From positions 62,001-126,000 of the forward strand of contig JAUCBJ010009103.1 of the NCBI GenBank assembly GCA_032718475.1: a stretch of 64,000 nt of DNA, given 5' to 3'. Source of the DNA: Nemertoderma westbladi. Its lineage: Eukaryota; Animalia; Xenacoelomorpha. The notes below the pieces were generated by a model, which saw only the letters and a list, made by a program, of their open reading frames with translations, had not been told where the DNA came from and did not search any database. The position numbers and the translations under genes are program-made. Each line of letters starts with the position of its first letter. Position 1 is the stretch's first letter. Shown one piece after another: positions 52,301 through 64,000 of this stretch.

Positions 52301-55300
52301 CACCACTACCGACTGTACCGTATTCCCCTCCAAACCAATCACACACCACTACCGACTGTACCGTATTCCCCACCAACCAATCACACACCACTACCGACTG
52401 TACCGTCTTCCCCTCCAAACCAATCACACACCACTACCGACTGTACCGTATTCCCCACCAACCAATCACACACCACTACCGACTGTACCGTATTCCCCTC
52501 CAAACCAATCACACACCACTACCGACTGTACCGTATTCCCCTCCAAACCAATCACACACCACTACCGACTGTACCGTATTCCCCACCAACCAATCACACA
52601 CCACTACCGACTGTACCGTATTCCCCTCCAACCAATCACACACCACTACCGACTGTACCGTATTCCCCACCAACCAATCACACACCACTACCGACTGTAC
52701 CGTATTCCCCTCCAAACCAATCACACACCACTACCGACTGTACCGTATTCCCCACCAACCAATCACACACCACTACCGACTGTACCGTATTCCCCACCAA
52801 CCAATCACACACCACTACCGACTGTACCGTATTCCCCTCCAACCAATCACACACCACTACCGACTGTACCGTATTCCCCACCAACCAATCACACACCACT
52901 ACCGACTGTACCGTATTCCCCACCAACCAATCACACACCACTACCGACTGTACCGTATTCCCCTCCAAACCAATCACACACCACTACCGACTGTACCGTA
53001 TTCCCCACCAACCAATCACACACCACTACCGACTGTACCGTATTCCCCACCAACCAATCACACACCACTACCGACCGCCTGTACCGTATTCCCCACCAAC
53101 CAATCACACACCACTACCGACTGTTCCGTATTCCCCACCAACCAATCACACACCACTCCGACCGACTGTACCGTATTCCCCACCAACCAATCACACACCA
53201 CTACCGACTGTACCGTATTCCCCACCAACCAATCACACACCACTACCGACTGTACCGTATTCCCCACCAACCAATCACACACCACTACCGACCGCCTGTA
53301 CCGTATTCCCCACCAACCAATCACACACCACTACCGACTGTTCCGTATTCCCCACCAACCAATCACACACCACTACCGACCGACTGTACCGTATTCCCCA
53401 CCAACCAATCACACACCACTACCGACTGTACCGTATTCCCCACCAACCAATCACACACCACTACCGACTGTACCGTATTCCCCACCAACCAATCACACAC
53501 CACTACCGACTGTACCGTATTCCCCACCAACCAATCACACACCACTACCGACTGTACCGTATTCCCCACCAACCAATCACACACCACTACCGACTGTACC
53601 GTATTCCCCACCAACCAATCACACACCACTACCGACCGCCTGTACCGTATTCCCCACCAACCAATCACACACCACTACCGACTGTTCCGTATTCCCCACC
53701 AACCAATCACACACCACTACCGACCGACTGTACCGTATTCCCCACCAACCAATCACACACCACTACCGACTGTACCGTATTCCCCACCAAACCAATCACA
53801 CACCACTACCGACTGTACCGTATTCCCCTCCAAACCAATCACACACCACTACCGACTGTACCGTATTCCCCACCAACCAATCACACACCACTACCGACTG
53901 TACCGTATTCCCCACCAACCAATCACACACCACTACCGACTGTACCGTATTCCCCACCAACCAATCACACACCACTACCGACTGTACCGTATTCCCCACC
54001 AACCAATCACACACCACTCCACCGACTGTACCGTATTCCCCACCAACCAATCACACACCACTACCGACTGTACCGTATTCCCCACCAACCAATCACACAC
54101 CACTACCGACTGTACCGTATTCCCCTCAAACCAATCACACACCACTACCGACTGTACCGTATTCCCCTCCAAACCAATCACACACCACTACCGACTGTAC
54201 CGTATTCCCCACCAACCAATCACACACCACTACCGACTGTACCGTCTTCCCCTCCAAACCAATCACACACCACTACCGACTGTACCGTCTTCCCCTCCAA
54301 ACCAATCACACACCACTACCGACTGTACCGTCTTCCCCTCCAAACCAATCACACACCACTACCGACTGTACCGTCTTCCCCTCCAAACCAATCACACACC
54401 ACTACCGACTGTACCGTATTCCCCACCAACCAATCACACACCACTACCGACTGTACCGTCTTCCCCTCCAAACCAATCACACACCACTACTGACTGTACC
54501 GTATTCCCCACCAACCAATCACACACCACTACCGACTGTACCGTATTCCCCACCAACCAATCACACACCACTACCGACTGTACCGTCTTCCCCTCCAAAC
54601 CAATCACACACCACTACCGACTGTACCGTCTTCCCCTCCAAACCAATCACACACCACTACCGACTGTACCGTCTTCCCCTCCAAACCAATCACACACCAC
54701 TACCGACTGTACCGTCTTCCCCTCCAAACCAATCACACACCACTACTGACTGTACCGTATTCCCCACCAACCAATCACACACCACTACCGACCGACTGTA
54801 CCGTCTTCCCCTCCAAACCAATCACACACCACTACCGACTGTACCGTATTCCCCTCCAAACCAATCACACACCACTACCGACTGTACCGTATTCCCCTCA
54901 AACCAATCACACACCACTACCGACTGTACCGTATTCCCCTCCAAACCAATCACACACCACTACCGACTGTACCGTATTCCCCACCAACCAATCACACACC
55001 ACTACCGACTGTACCGTCTTCCCCTCCAAACCAATCACACACCACTACCGACTGTACCGTCTTCCCCTCCAAACCAATCACACACCACTACCGACTGTAC
55101 CGTATTCCCCACCAACCAATCACACACCACTACCGACTGTACCGTGTTCCCCTCCAAACCAATCACACACCACTACCGACTGTACCGTATTCCCCACCAA
55201 CCAATCACACACCACTACCGACTGTACCGTATTCCCCACCAACCAATCACACACCACTACCGACCGACTGTACCGTATTCCCCACCAACCAATCACACAC

Positions 55301-58300
55301 CACTACCGACTGTACCGTATTCCCCACCAACCAATCACACACCACTACCGACTGTACCGTATTCCCCTCCAACCAATCACACACCACTACCGACTGTACC
55401 GTATTCCCCACCAACCAATCACACACCACTACCGACCGCCTGTACCGTATTCCCCACCAACCAATCACACACCACTACCGACTGTTCCGTATTCCCCTCC
55501 AAACCAATCACACACCACTACCGACTATTCCGTATTCCCCACCAACCAATCACACACCACTACCGACTGTACCGTATTCCACACCAACCAATCACACACC
55601 ACTACCGACCGCCTGTACCGTATTCCCCACCAACCAATCACACACCACTACCGACTGTTCCGTATTCCCCACCAACCAATCACACACCACTACCGACCGA
55701 CTGTACCGTATTCCCCACCAACCAATCACACACCACTACCGACTGTACCGTATTCCCCACCAACCAATCACACACCACTACCGACTGTACCGTATTCCCC
55801 ACCAACCAATCACACACCACTACCGACCGCCTGTACCGTATTCCCCACCAACCAATCACACACCACTACCGACTGTTCCGTATTCCCCACCAACCAATCA
55901 CACACCACTACCGACCGACTGTACCGTATTCCCCACCAACCAATCACACACCACTACCGACTGTACCGTATTCCCCACCAACCAATCACACACCACTACC
56001 GACTGTACCGTATTCCCCACCAACCAATCACACACCACTACCGACTGTACCGTATTCCCCACCAACCAATCACACACCACTACTGACTGTTCCGTATTCC
56101 CCTCCAAACCAATCACACACCACTACTGACTGTTCCGTATTCCCCACCAACCAATCACACACCACTACCGACTGTACCGTATTCCCCACCAACCAATCAC
56201 ACACCACTACCGACCGCCTGTACCGTATTCCCCACCAACCAATCACACACCACTACCGACTGTTCCGTATTCCCCACCAACCAATCACACACCACTACCG
56301 ACCGACTGTACCGTATTCCCCACCAACCAATCACACACCACTACCGACTGTACCGTATTCCCCACCAAACCAATCACACACCACTACCGACTGTACCGTA
56401 TTCCCCTCCAAACCAATCACACACCACTACCGACTGTACCGTATTCCCCACCAACCAATCACACACCACTACCGACTGTACCGTATTCCCCACCAACCAA
56501 TCACACACCACTACCGACCAACTGTACCGTATTCCCCTCCAAACCAATCACACACCACTACCGACTGTACCGTATTCCCCACCAACCAATCACACACCAC
56601 TACCGACTGTACCGTCTTCCCCTCCAAACCAATCACACACCACTACTGACTGTACCGTATTCCCCACCAACCAATCACACACCACTACCGACTGTACCGT
56701 ATTCCCCACCAACCAATCACACACCACTACCGACTGTACCGTCTTCCCCTCCAAACCAATCACACACCACTACCGACTGTACCGTCTTCCCCTCCAAACC
56801 AATCACACACCACTACCGACTGTACCGTCTTCCCCTCCAAACCAATCACACACCACTACCGACTGTACCGTCTTCCCCTCCAAACCAATCACACACCACT
56901 ACTGACTGTACCGTATTCCCCACCAACCAATCACACACCACTACCGACCGACTGTACCGTCTTCCCCTCCAAACCAATCACACACCACTACCGACTGTAC
57001 CGTATTCCCCTCCAAACCAATCACACACCACTACCGACTGTACCGTATTCCCCTCAAACCAATCACACACCACTACCGACTGTACCGTATTCCCCTCCAA
57101 ACCAATCACACACCACTACCGACTGTACCGTATTCCCCACCAACCAATCACACACCACTACCGACTGTACCGTCTTCCCCTCCAAACCAATCACACACCA
57201 CTACCGACTGTACCGTCTTCCCCTCCAAACCAATCACACACCACTACCGACTGTACCGTATTCCCCACCAACCAATCACACACCACTACCGACTGTACCG
57301 TGTTCCCCTCCAAACCAATCACACACCACTACCGACTGTACCGTATTCCCCACCAACCAATCACACACCACTACCGACTGTACCGTATTCCCCACCAACC
57401 AATCACACACCACTACCGACCGACTGTACCGTATTCCCCACCAACCAATCACACACCACTACCGACTGTACCGTATTCCCCACCAACCAATCACACACCA
57501 CTACCGACTGTACCGTATTCCCCTCCAACCAATCACACACCACTACCGACTGTACCGTATTCCCCACCAACCAATCACACACCACTACCGACCGCCTGTA
57601 CCGTATTCCCCACCAACCAATCACACACCACTACCGACTGTTCCGTATTCCCCTCCAAACCAATCACACACCACTACCGACTATTCCGTATTCCCCACCA
57701 ACCAATCACACACCACTACCGACTGTACCGTATTCCACACCAACCAATCACACACCACTACCGACCGCCTGTACCGTATTCCCCACCAACCAATCACACA
57801 CCACTACCGACTGTTCCGTATTCCCCACCAACCAATCACACACCACTACCGACCGACTGTACCGTATTCCCCACCAACCAATCACACACCACTACCGACT
57901 GTACCGTATTCCCCACCAACCAATCACACACCACTACCGACTGTACCGTATTCCCCACCAACCAATCACACACCACTACCGACCGCCTGTACCGTATTCC
58001 CCACCAACCAATCACACACCACTACCGACTGTTCCGTATTCCCCACCAACCAATCACACACCACTACCGACCGACTGTACCGTATTCCCCACCAACCAAT
58101 CACACACCACTACCGACTGTACCGTATTCCCCACCAACCAATCACACACCACTACCGACTGTACCGTATTCCCCACCAACCAATCACACACCACTACCGA
58201 CTGTACCGTATTCCCCACCAACCAATCACACACCACTACTGACTGTTCCGTATTCCCCTCCAAACCAATCACACACCACTACTGACTGTTCCGTATTCCC

Positions 58301-58985
58301 CACCAACCAATCACACACCACTACCGACTGTACCGTATTCCCCACCAACCAATCACACACCACTACCGACCGCCTGTACCGTATTCCCCACCAACCAATC
58401 ACACACCACTACCGACTGTTCCGTATTCCCCACCAACCAATCACACACCACTACCGACCGACTGTACCGTATTCCCCACCAACCAATCACACACCACTAC
58501 CGACTGTACCGTATTCCCCACCAAACCAATCACACACCACTACCGACTGTACCGTATTCCCCTCCAAACCAATCACACACCACTACCGACTGTACCGTAT
58601 TCCCCACCAACCAATCACACACCACTACCGACTGTACCGTATTCCCCACCAACCAATCACACACCACTACCGACCAACTGTACCGTATTCCCCTCCAAAC
58701 CAATCACACACCACTACCGACTGTACCGTATTCCCCTCCAAACCAATCACACACCACTACCAACTGTACCGTATTCCCCTCCAAACCAATCACACACCAC
58801 TACCGACTGTACCGTATTCCCCACCAACCAATCACACACCACTACCGACTGTACCGTATTCCCCTCCAAACCAATCACACACCACTACCGACTGTACCGT
58901 ATTCCCCTCCAAACCAATCACACACCACTACCGACTGTACCGTATTCCCCTCCAAACCAATCACACTCTCATCAACCAATCAAAC
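49340..58985. repeat. 42-bp (43/46 variants) minisatellite (~225 units), ACCAATCACACACCACTACCGACTGTACCGTATTCCCCACCA
   Basis: Continuous array starting about 90 nt inside the intron after the donor at 59075. Confidence 0.98.
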
Positions 58986-59075
58986 GCAACCCACTAATAG
59001 ATAGGTAAATAGATCACGAGAATGGCTTTATTATGTAAAACTTAGGTTAATAAATAAAGATGATTGACAACCTAC

Positions 59076-59231
59076 ATGAAACTTCCTCAGATTAACATCT
59101 TCGCGAAACAACAATTGATTTATATTAATATTTTGCTGCCGTAGGAAGTAGACGCATTCCGAGTGGAGAGGAAAGTCGACTCTGGACCCGTTTATTATTG
59201 GGATAATGGCTGATTCTTTCTCCAGATAATT
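59076..59231 (-). CDS. PRUNE2: PRUNE2-like exon, Prune DHH domain (NYLEKESAIIPIINGSRVDFPLHSECVYFLRQQNININQLLFREDVNLRKFH)
   Basis: ttggccAG acceptor, GTAGGT donor, 156 nt, phase 0->0; resembles the Prune segment [21 protein letters not shown]...LIFRDEIDL. Confidence 0.88.
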
Positions 59232-59859
59232 CTGGCCAACATAAAAAGGTATAATATTAATTAACCTAATAATGTTAAATTATTTTATTGTTCTATATGC
59301 TAAATTTATAAATATTACAAGTGGTTGGAAGTTACTAATATATGAAACTCATTATTTAAAGTTAAACTGATAATCTGATGTCGACTTAAGGCTAATGGTT
59401 TAGAAGAGGCGGTTGCGAGAAATTAATCAAACATTGATGGTAAGAAATAGGACAACTCATGCTTTGGGTTTCTATCTAGAACTTATAGTAAATCGTCCAG
59501 GTAAATCATTACATTATATCATTTCATTACAATTAATAGTAGAAACATAAACACAAACAACTCAGCTATTTCGCAGCGAAATTCAGATTTTTTTTACAGA
59601 TTTGGATTCATTGCACCGGAATGGTGCAAAATTACCGCAAACACAAACTATGTTTTTACTAATTTATTAATCACCAAGGGAAGGGAACTGGTTGTGGCCG
59701 TGTTTTTCTTTTCTACCAAAACAAGAAACTATAAATTTATTAAAACTATATTTCAGTTTATCTCATCGGTTCTAAATGTTACTCACTATAAAAGGGTGAG
59801 GAGTAACTGCACTGCGACTGTTAACATCGATTGAAAAAACTACATGATATGTATGGAAA

Positions 59860-60030
59860 GGTGGGGTAGCTCAGTTGGTTGAGCGCCGGGCCTGCAATCT
59901 ATTGATTCTAGGTTCAGCCCGGCCCCGGTCCACTCAGCCTTTCATCCACTGGGATCAATAAAAAAAGTTCCAGTTAAATTACTGAGAGCAAATTTGGGAT
60001 AGGAGTAGCGTCCACTAGGTACCTTCATAA
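59860..60030 (+). mobile_element. tRNA-derived SINE with Nin/Deu-like conserved domain
   Basis: A box TAGCTCAGTTGG (59867), B-box-like GGTTCAGCCC (59911), then CACTCAGCCTTTCATCC..GGGATCAATAAA..AGTTCCAG resembling the Nin/Deu core. Confidence 0.72.
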
Positions 60031-62394
60031 AAATCGAATTTTTGAAATTCATATGGGGACGTTTTCCATTTGATGGAAGAGGTTATAAAACAAACCCATG
60101 CCAATTTTTAGCCATAAATATTGATATCTAGGGGTTGCCCAACGAGCTTTTGTATTTTCGCAATTTGGCGATATTTTGCGATAGAGCGGGATAACGCGAT
60201 AAATCCAAATAAGCTTATGCTTGGGCTTAGAAATATTTATGCGCATTATTTATGTGCAATTTGTAATTCTCTATCAAATGATATGCTGCATGACACACTT
60301 TCAAACAAATAATACATCTTTTATTATACTCTATTGCATTGGAGTTTGAGTTCAGCGAGTGGTGCCCTGCGCGCATACAGTAATGACTGGAATGAGTTTT
60401 GTACATATGAATGAATCATACATAATTCTATAATGCAGATTCTAAATCTGTTTTCAGATTCAACCTAGCACATCACTATTTTTCACCATCACCAATTTGA
60501 GTTTAAATCACTACTTTCACTTATCTAAGTGGTTTCAGTGTTTTCAATAAGTTTTTTTTTAAATTTGCAATAGTGAAAAAACCTGACGTTCTATGGCAAA
60601 CCTGAAAACCAGCTGTAGGTGGTGCATTCAAGAAAATGGAACAACTTAGCCGCTACGACCATCACCTCTTCATAATTATGTGCAGGATTCACAGTAATGA
60701 ATCAATATCGGGAAAGATGATTAATTCAATTTCAAATCAGATATTTGATAAGGACCCAAAAATGACTAATGACAAGAGTGCTAGTGTGAGGTCACTTATG
60801 ACACTATGTCATAATATGCGATATATATACGACTGCGTGGGTAAAGATAACTCAAGTGATATTGCTGATACTTCAGTGAAATTGCTGATGATGAAACATT
60901 TACATGGCCAGATCATTACCCAGTATTGGATGATAACGTATTTAGGGATCTTAATGTCTTCAACAATGACCAACGATTTGTTTATAGTTTGGTATCGAAA
61001 CATACCTTCACTGGATCTAATCTTAAACACTCTATACTTAAGGTTGGAACACGTTGGCTAAATACACTGGGGAGTTTACTTCATATCATTATACTGTTGC
61101 CCAAACTGACAACTGCCTTAATTAATCTCCATGCCAACAGGTATTTTAAATCAAAGTCTGATGAAGCTATTTGTATTAATACGAAGGAGATGCTATCATC
61201 ATCAAAGTTAGTTTCCCATAGTGAGACATTTGTCAGGTTTGGTGTTGTTTATTTCAAAGCACATAGGCTCGCTGTTGATTCCAATGGGCCAAATATAATA
61301 AGGAGCACACAATGTTGGAAATGATTTAAATCTACTAAAGTGTTTACTTTGATGCCATCGAAAGACATCTATATAACCTTGATGCGACTCTTCTCCCTTT
61401 GGACATCACCTATAAATCCACAGTAGTCCAAGAAATCAAAAAGTTTAGTTCCTTGGGAGGTCAAGCGAATTTTTCCGAGAGGGTGGTTCTTAAATTTTCT
61501 AAAAACAAACTGTCATCTTTAACTATATCAGACTTGGTTAAACATCCTGGGTGGATAAAGCGATTACAAGTATCTCCACTCTTTCACCACATACATCCCG
61601 GAATTGCAAGACACTGCAGTCATAAACGTCATTTCTACATTAAGTCAGTCTTAATCTTGGTCGAAATATAAACTGAAAACTAGGGGGTAATCTTAGACGA
61701 AATATAGCTGAAATCTAAAAAGTAATCTTGGACTAAATATTATCTTTCGTCCTACTTGAAATGTAAGACTGTAATATTGGCTTTGATTTAATTTAAATCT
61801 AAGCAGAAATTCAAACAGTCAGCTTAACTTCAGTAAAAATCCTCCAAATAATTATAATTTTGTTGTGCATCCTGGACATTAGGTTACTCATTCCAGGAAT
61901 ATAACTAGTAATTATAGCTAAGTGGATCACTTGGGATTGACAAATATAGTGAATTACTATTCTGGAATTATATGACCTGAAATATAGATTTTAATCTTAT
62001 TCAAAAAAGCATTAATCTAGGGCGTACTATAAATCGTAATCTATATAGCAATCTAAGGTGATGTCCAAGAAGTCTTACCTAAAATTTAATCAAACCTGTC
62101 ATCACTACAGTGACCTCAATTCTAACTCGAACAAGATGTAAGTAAAGTACAAGCGCTGAATTACAACCTAGTGTAGACTCTAATCCGTAATTCGATAAAT
62201 ATTTTAATATTTTTGAATGAATTCATTGTAAATAAATATATGGCTTTTCAATAAACGACATCAGTTAGGGTATATCATATAACCGTTTTCCCCTTATCCT
62301 TTAGTATAACAGGAATCGGCGCAGGGTGCACAGCAATACCTACTACAGTATGTACACATAAGTAATGATATGTTATACTACTAGGGCGATATCT

Positions 62395-62692
62395 CGTTGA
62401 CAAGACCCAGCATCACCCTGCAGAACGCAGAGACGCAGTCTGAAGCTTGTTGGACACTGTTTTCGCTGGAAGGATCAACCTGTCCGCAATCTCGTGCTGT
62501 GGCAACCTTCCTTCGAGAATAGGTGTGGTGGACAGCTAATGACTTTCCTCAAAAGCCTGCTTAAGGACATCAAACTTGAGAACAGGGATGAACTGGAAAA
62601 CTATATAGCTGAATGTGAAATCTGAAATCTGGGGGCGCTATGTTGTTGGTTCCGACGGCACTGCACCTTAGTTAAAACTGATCATCATCATT
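62395..62692 (+). mobile_element. 3' end of an RTE-like LINE
   Basis: RRRSLKLVGHCFRWKDQPVRNLVLWQPS...TFLKSLLKDIKLENRDELEN, followed by a short (TCA)n tail. Confidence 0.72.
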
Positions 62693-62867
62693 ACTATATA
62701 TAATAAATTCACAAACCAAATTAATCTGTTTACACTGTTCCAAATTGCCGATCCAATAATCATTGCTTAAATAAAACACTCACAACAACCGCGTTCAATT
62801 GTGTAATTAAGTCACTCTAAATGAACTTCAGTTACTAATTAGTATATCTCAGGTAGGAGTGGACGCC

Positions 62868-64000
62868 GTCCACCCCTACCCTCGGCTAGCAGATAGGAGT
62901 ACCGCCAAGCCCTACCTTCGGGTAGCAGATAGGAGTAGCGCCCACCCCTACCATCGGGTAGCAGATAGGAGTAGCGCCCACCCCTACCCTCGGGTAGCAG
63001 ATAGGAGTAGCGCCCACCCCTACCCTCGGGTAGCAGATAGGAGTAGCGCCCACCCCTACCATCGGGTAGCAGATGGGAGTACCGCCCACCCCTACCTTCG
63101 GGTAGCAGATGGGAGTAGCGCCCACCCCTACCCTCGGGTAGCAGATAGGAGTAGCGCCCACCCCTACCCTCGGGTAGCAGATAGGAGTAGCGCCCACCCC
63201 TACCCTCGGGTAGCAGATAGGAGTAGCGCCCACCCCTACCCTCGGGTAGCAGATAGGAGTAGCGCCCACCCCTACCCTCGGGTAGCAGATAGGAGTAGCG
63301 CCCACCCCTACCCTCGGGTAGCAGATAGGAGTAGCGCCCACCCCTACCCTCGGGTAGCAGATAGGAGTAGCGCCCACCCCTACCCTCGGGTAGCAGATAG
63401 GAGTAGCGCCCACCCCTACCCTCGGGTAGCAGATAGGAGTAGCGCCCACCCCTACCCTCGGGTAGCAGATAGGAGTAGCGCCCACCCCTACCCTCGGGTA
63501 GCAGATAGGAGTAGCGCCCACCCCTACCCTCGGGTAGCAGATAGGAGTAGCGCCCACCCCTACCCTCGGGTAGCAGATAGGAGTAGCGCCCACCCCTACC
63601 CTCGGGTAGCAGATAGGAGTAGCGCCCACCCCTACCCTCGGGTAGCAGATAGGAGTAGCGCCCACCCCTACCCTCGGGTAGCAGATAGGAGTAGCGCCCA
63701 CCCCTACCCTCGGGTAGCAGATAGGAGTAGCGCCCACCCCTACCCTCGGGTAGCAGATAGGAGTAGCGCCCACCCCTACCCTCGGGTAGCAGATAGGAGT
63801 AGCGCCCACCCCTACCCTCGGGTAGCAGATAGGAGTAGCGCCCACCCCTACCCTCGGGTAGCAGATAGGAGTAGCGCCCACCCCTACCCTCGGGTAGCAG
63901 ATAGGAGTAGCGCCACCCCTACCCTCGGGTAGCAGATAGGAGTAGCGCCACCCCTACCCTCGGGTAGCAGATAGGAGTAGCGCCCACCCCTACCCTCGGG
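62868..64000. repeat. 36-bp minisatellite (>=31 units, runs off the window), CACCCCTACCCTCGGGTAGCAGATAGGAGTAGCGCC
   Basis: Near-identical units; each contains GTAGG on the gene sense strand. Confidence 0.98.

Larger units (their letters stand above)
3143..59231 (-). other. PRUNE2: Multi-exon PRUNE2/BMCC1-like gene span (Prune DHH/DHHA2 + BCH domain), partial at both ends
   Basis: Eleven exons with canonical AG/GT ends join with matching phases into one stop-free ORF. The N-terminal half follows Prune motifs (LVDHN, EIIDHH, VGSCATLV, IIFDTQN, LRKDLK, SRKYIAPLL). The C-terminal half follows the BNIP2/caytaxin BCH domain. The symbol denotes homology and architecture, not proven orthology. Confidence 0.9.

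Noticed and set aside
49324-58997. ORFs up to 1526 aa rich in Thr/Pro/His (mucin-like)
   Set aside because: The translation cycles through all three frames of the unit via 43/46-bp variants, so there is no coding constraint
59860-59935. tRNA gene
   Set aside because: Acceptor and T arms are incomplete and a SINE-like body follows
62859-63932. 357-aa and 331-aa ORFs on both strands
   Set aside because: Translations of the 36-bp repeat

Overview
Eukaryotic (animal, probably invertebrate) genomic DNA, AT-rich outside exons and repeats, with one 100-N assembly gap. The window lies within one minus-strand gene. I reconstructed it by hand as 11 GT-AG exons with consistent phases (59231->3143, about 2.4 kb, about 800 codons). 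It encodes an N-terminal Prune/exopolyphosphatase (DHH + DHHA2) domain, an acidic linker with an EWED motif and a C-terminal BCH (BNIP2/CRAL-TRIO_2) domain, i.e. a compact PRUNE2/BMCC1-like protein. The first and last exons were not found. About 60% of the window consists of seven unrelated minisatellite arrays (units of 43, 34, 30, 33, 47, 42 and 36 bp). Most of them start exactly at a splice site of this gene and are amplified copies of the exon/intron junction itself, so they create tens to hundreds of decoy donors or acceptors. This is the main candidate for a new phenomenon. The introns also hold an IS3EU-like DNA transposon derivative, MITEs, CR1-group and RTE LINE fragments, a carbohydrate-sulfotransferase pseudogene fused to a LINE, a tRNA-derived SINE and two Penelope-like hammerhead remnants. 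The long ORFs in the supplied track that lie over the arrays are repeat artefacts. All family assignments come from recalled motifs, not database searches.
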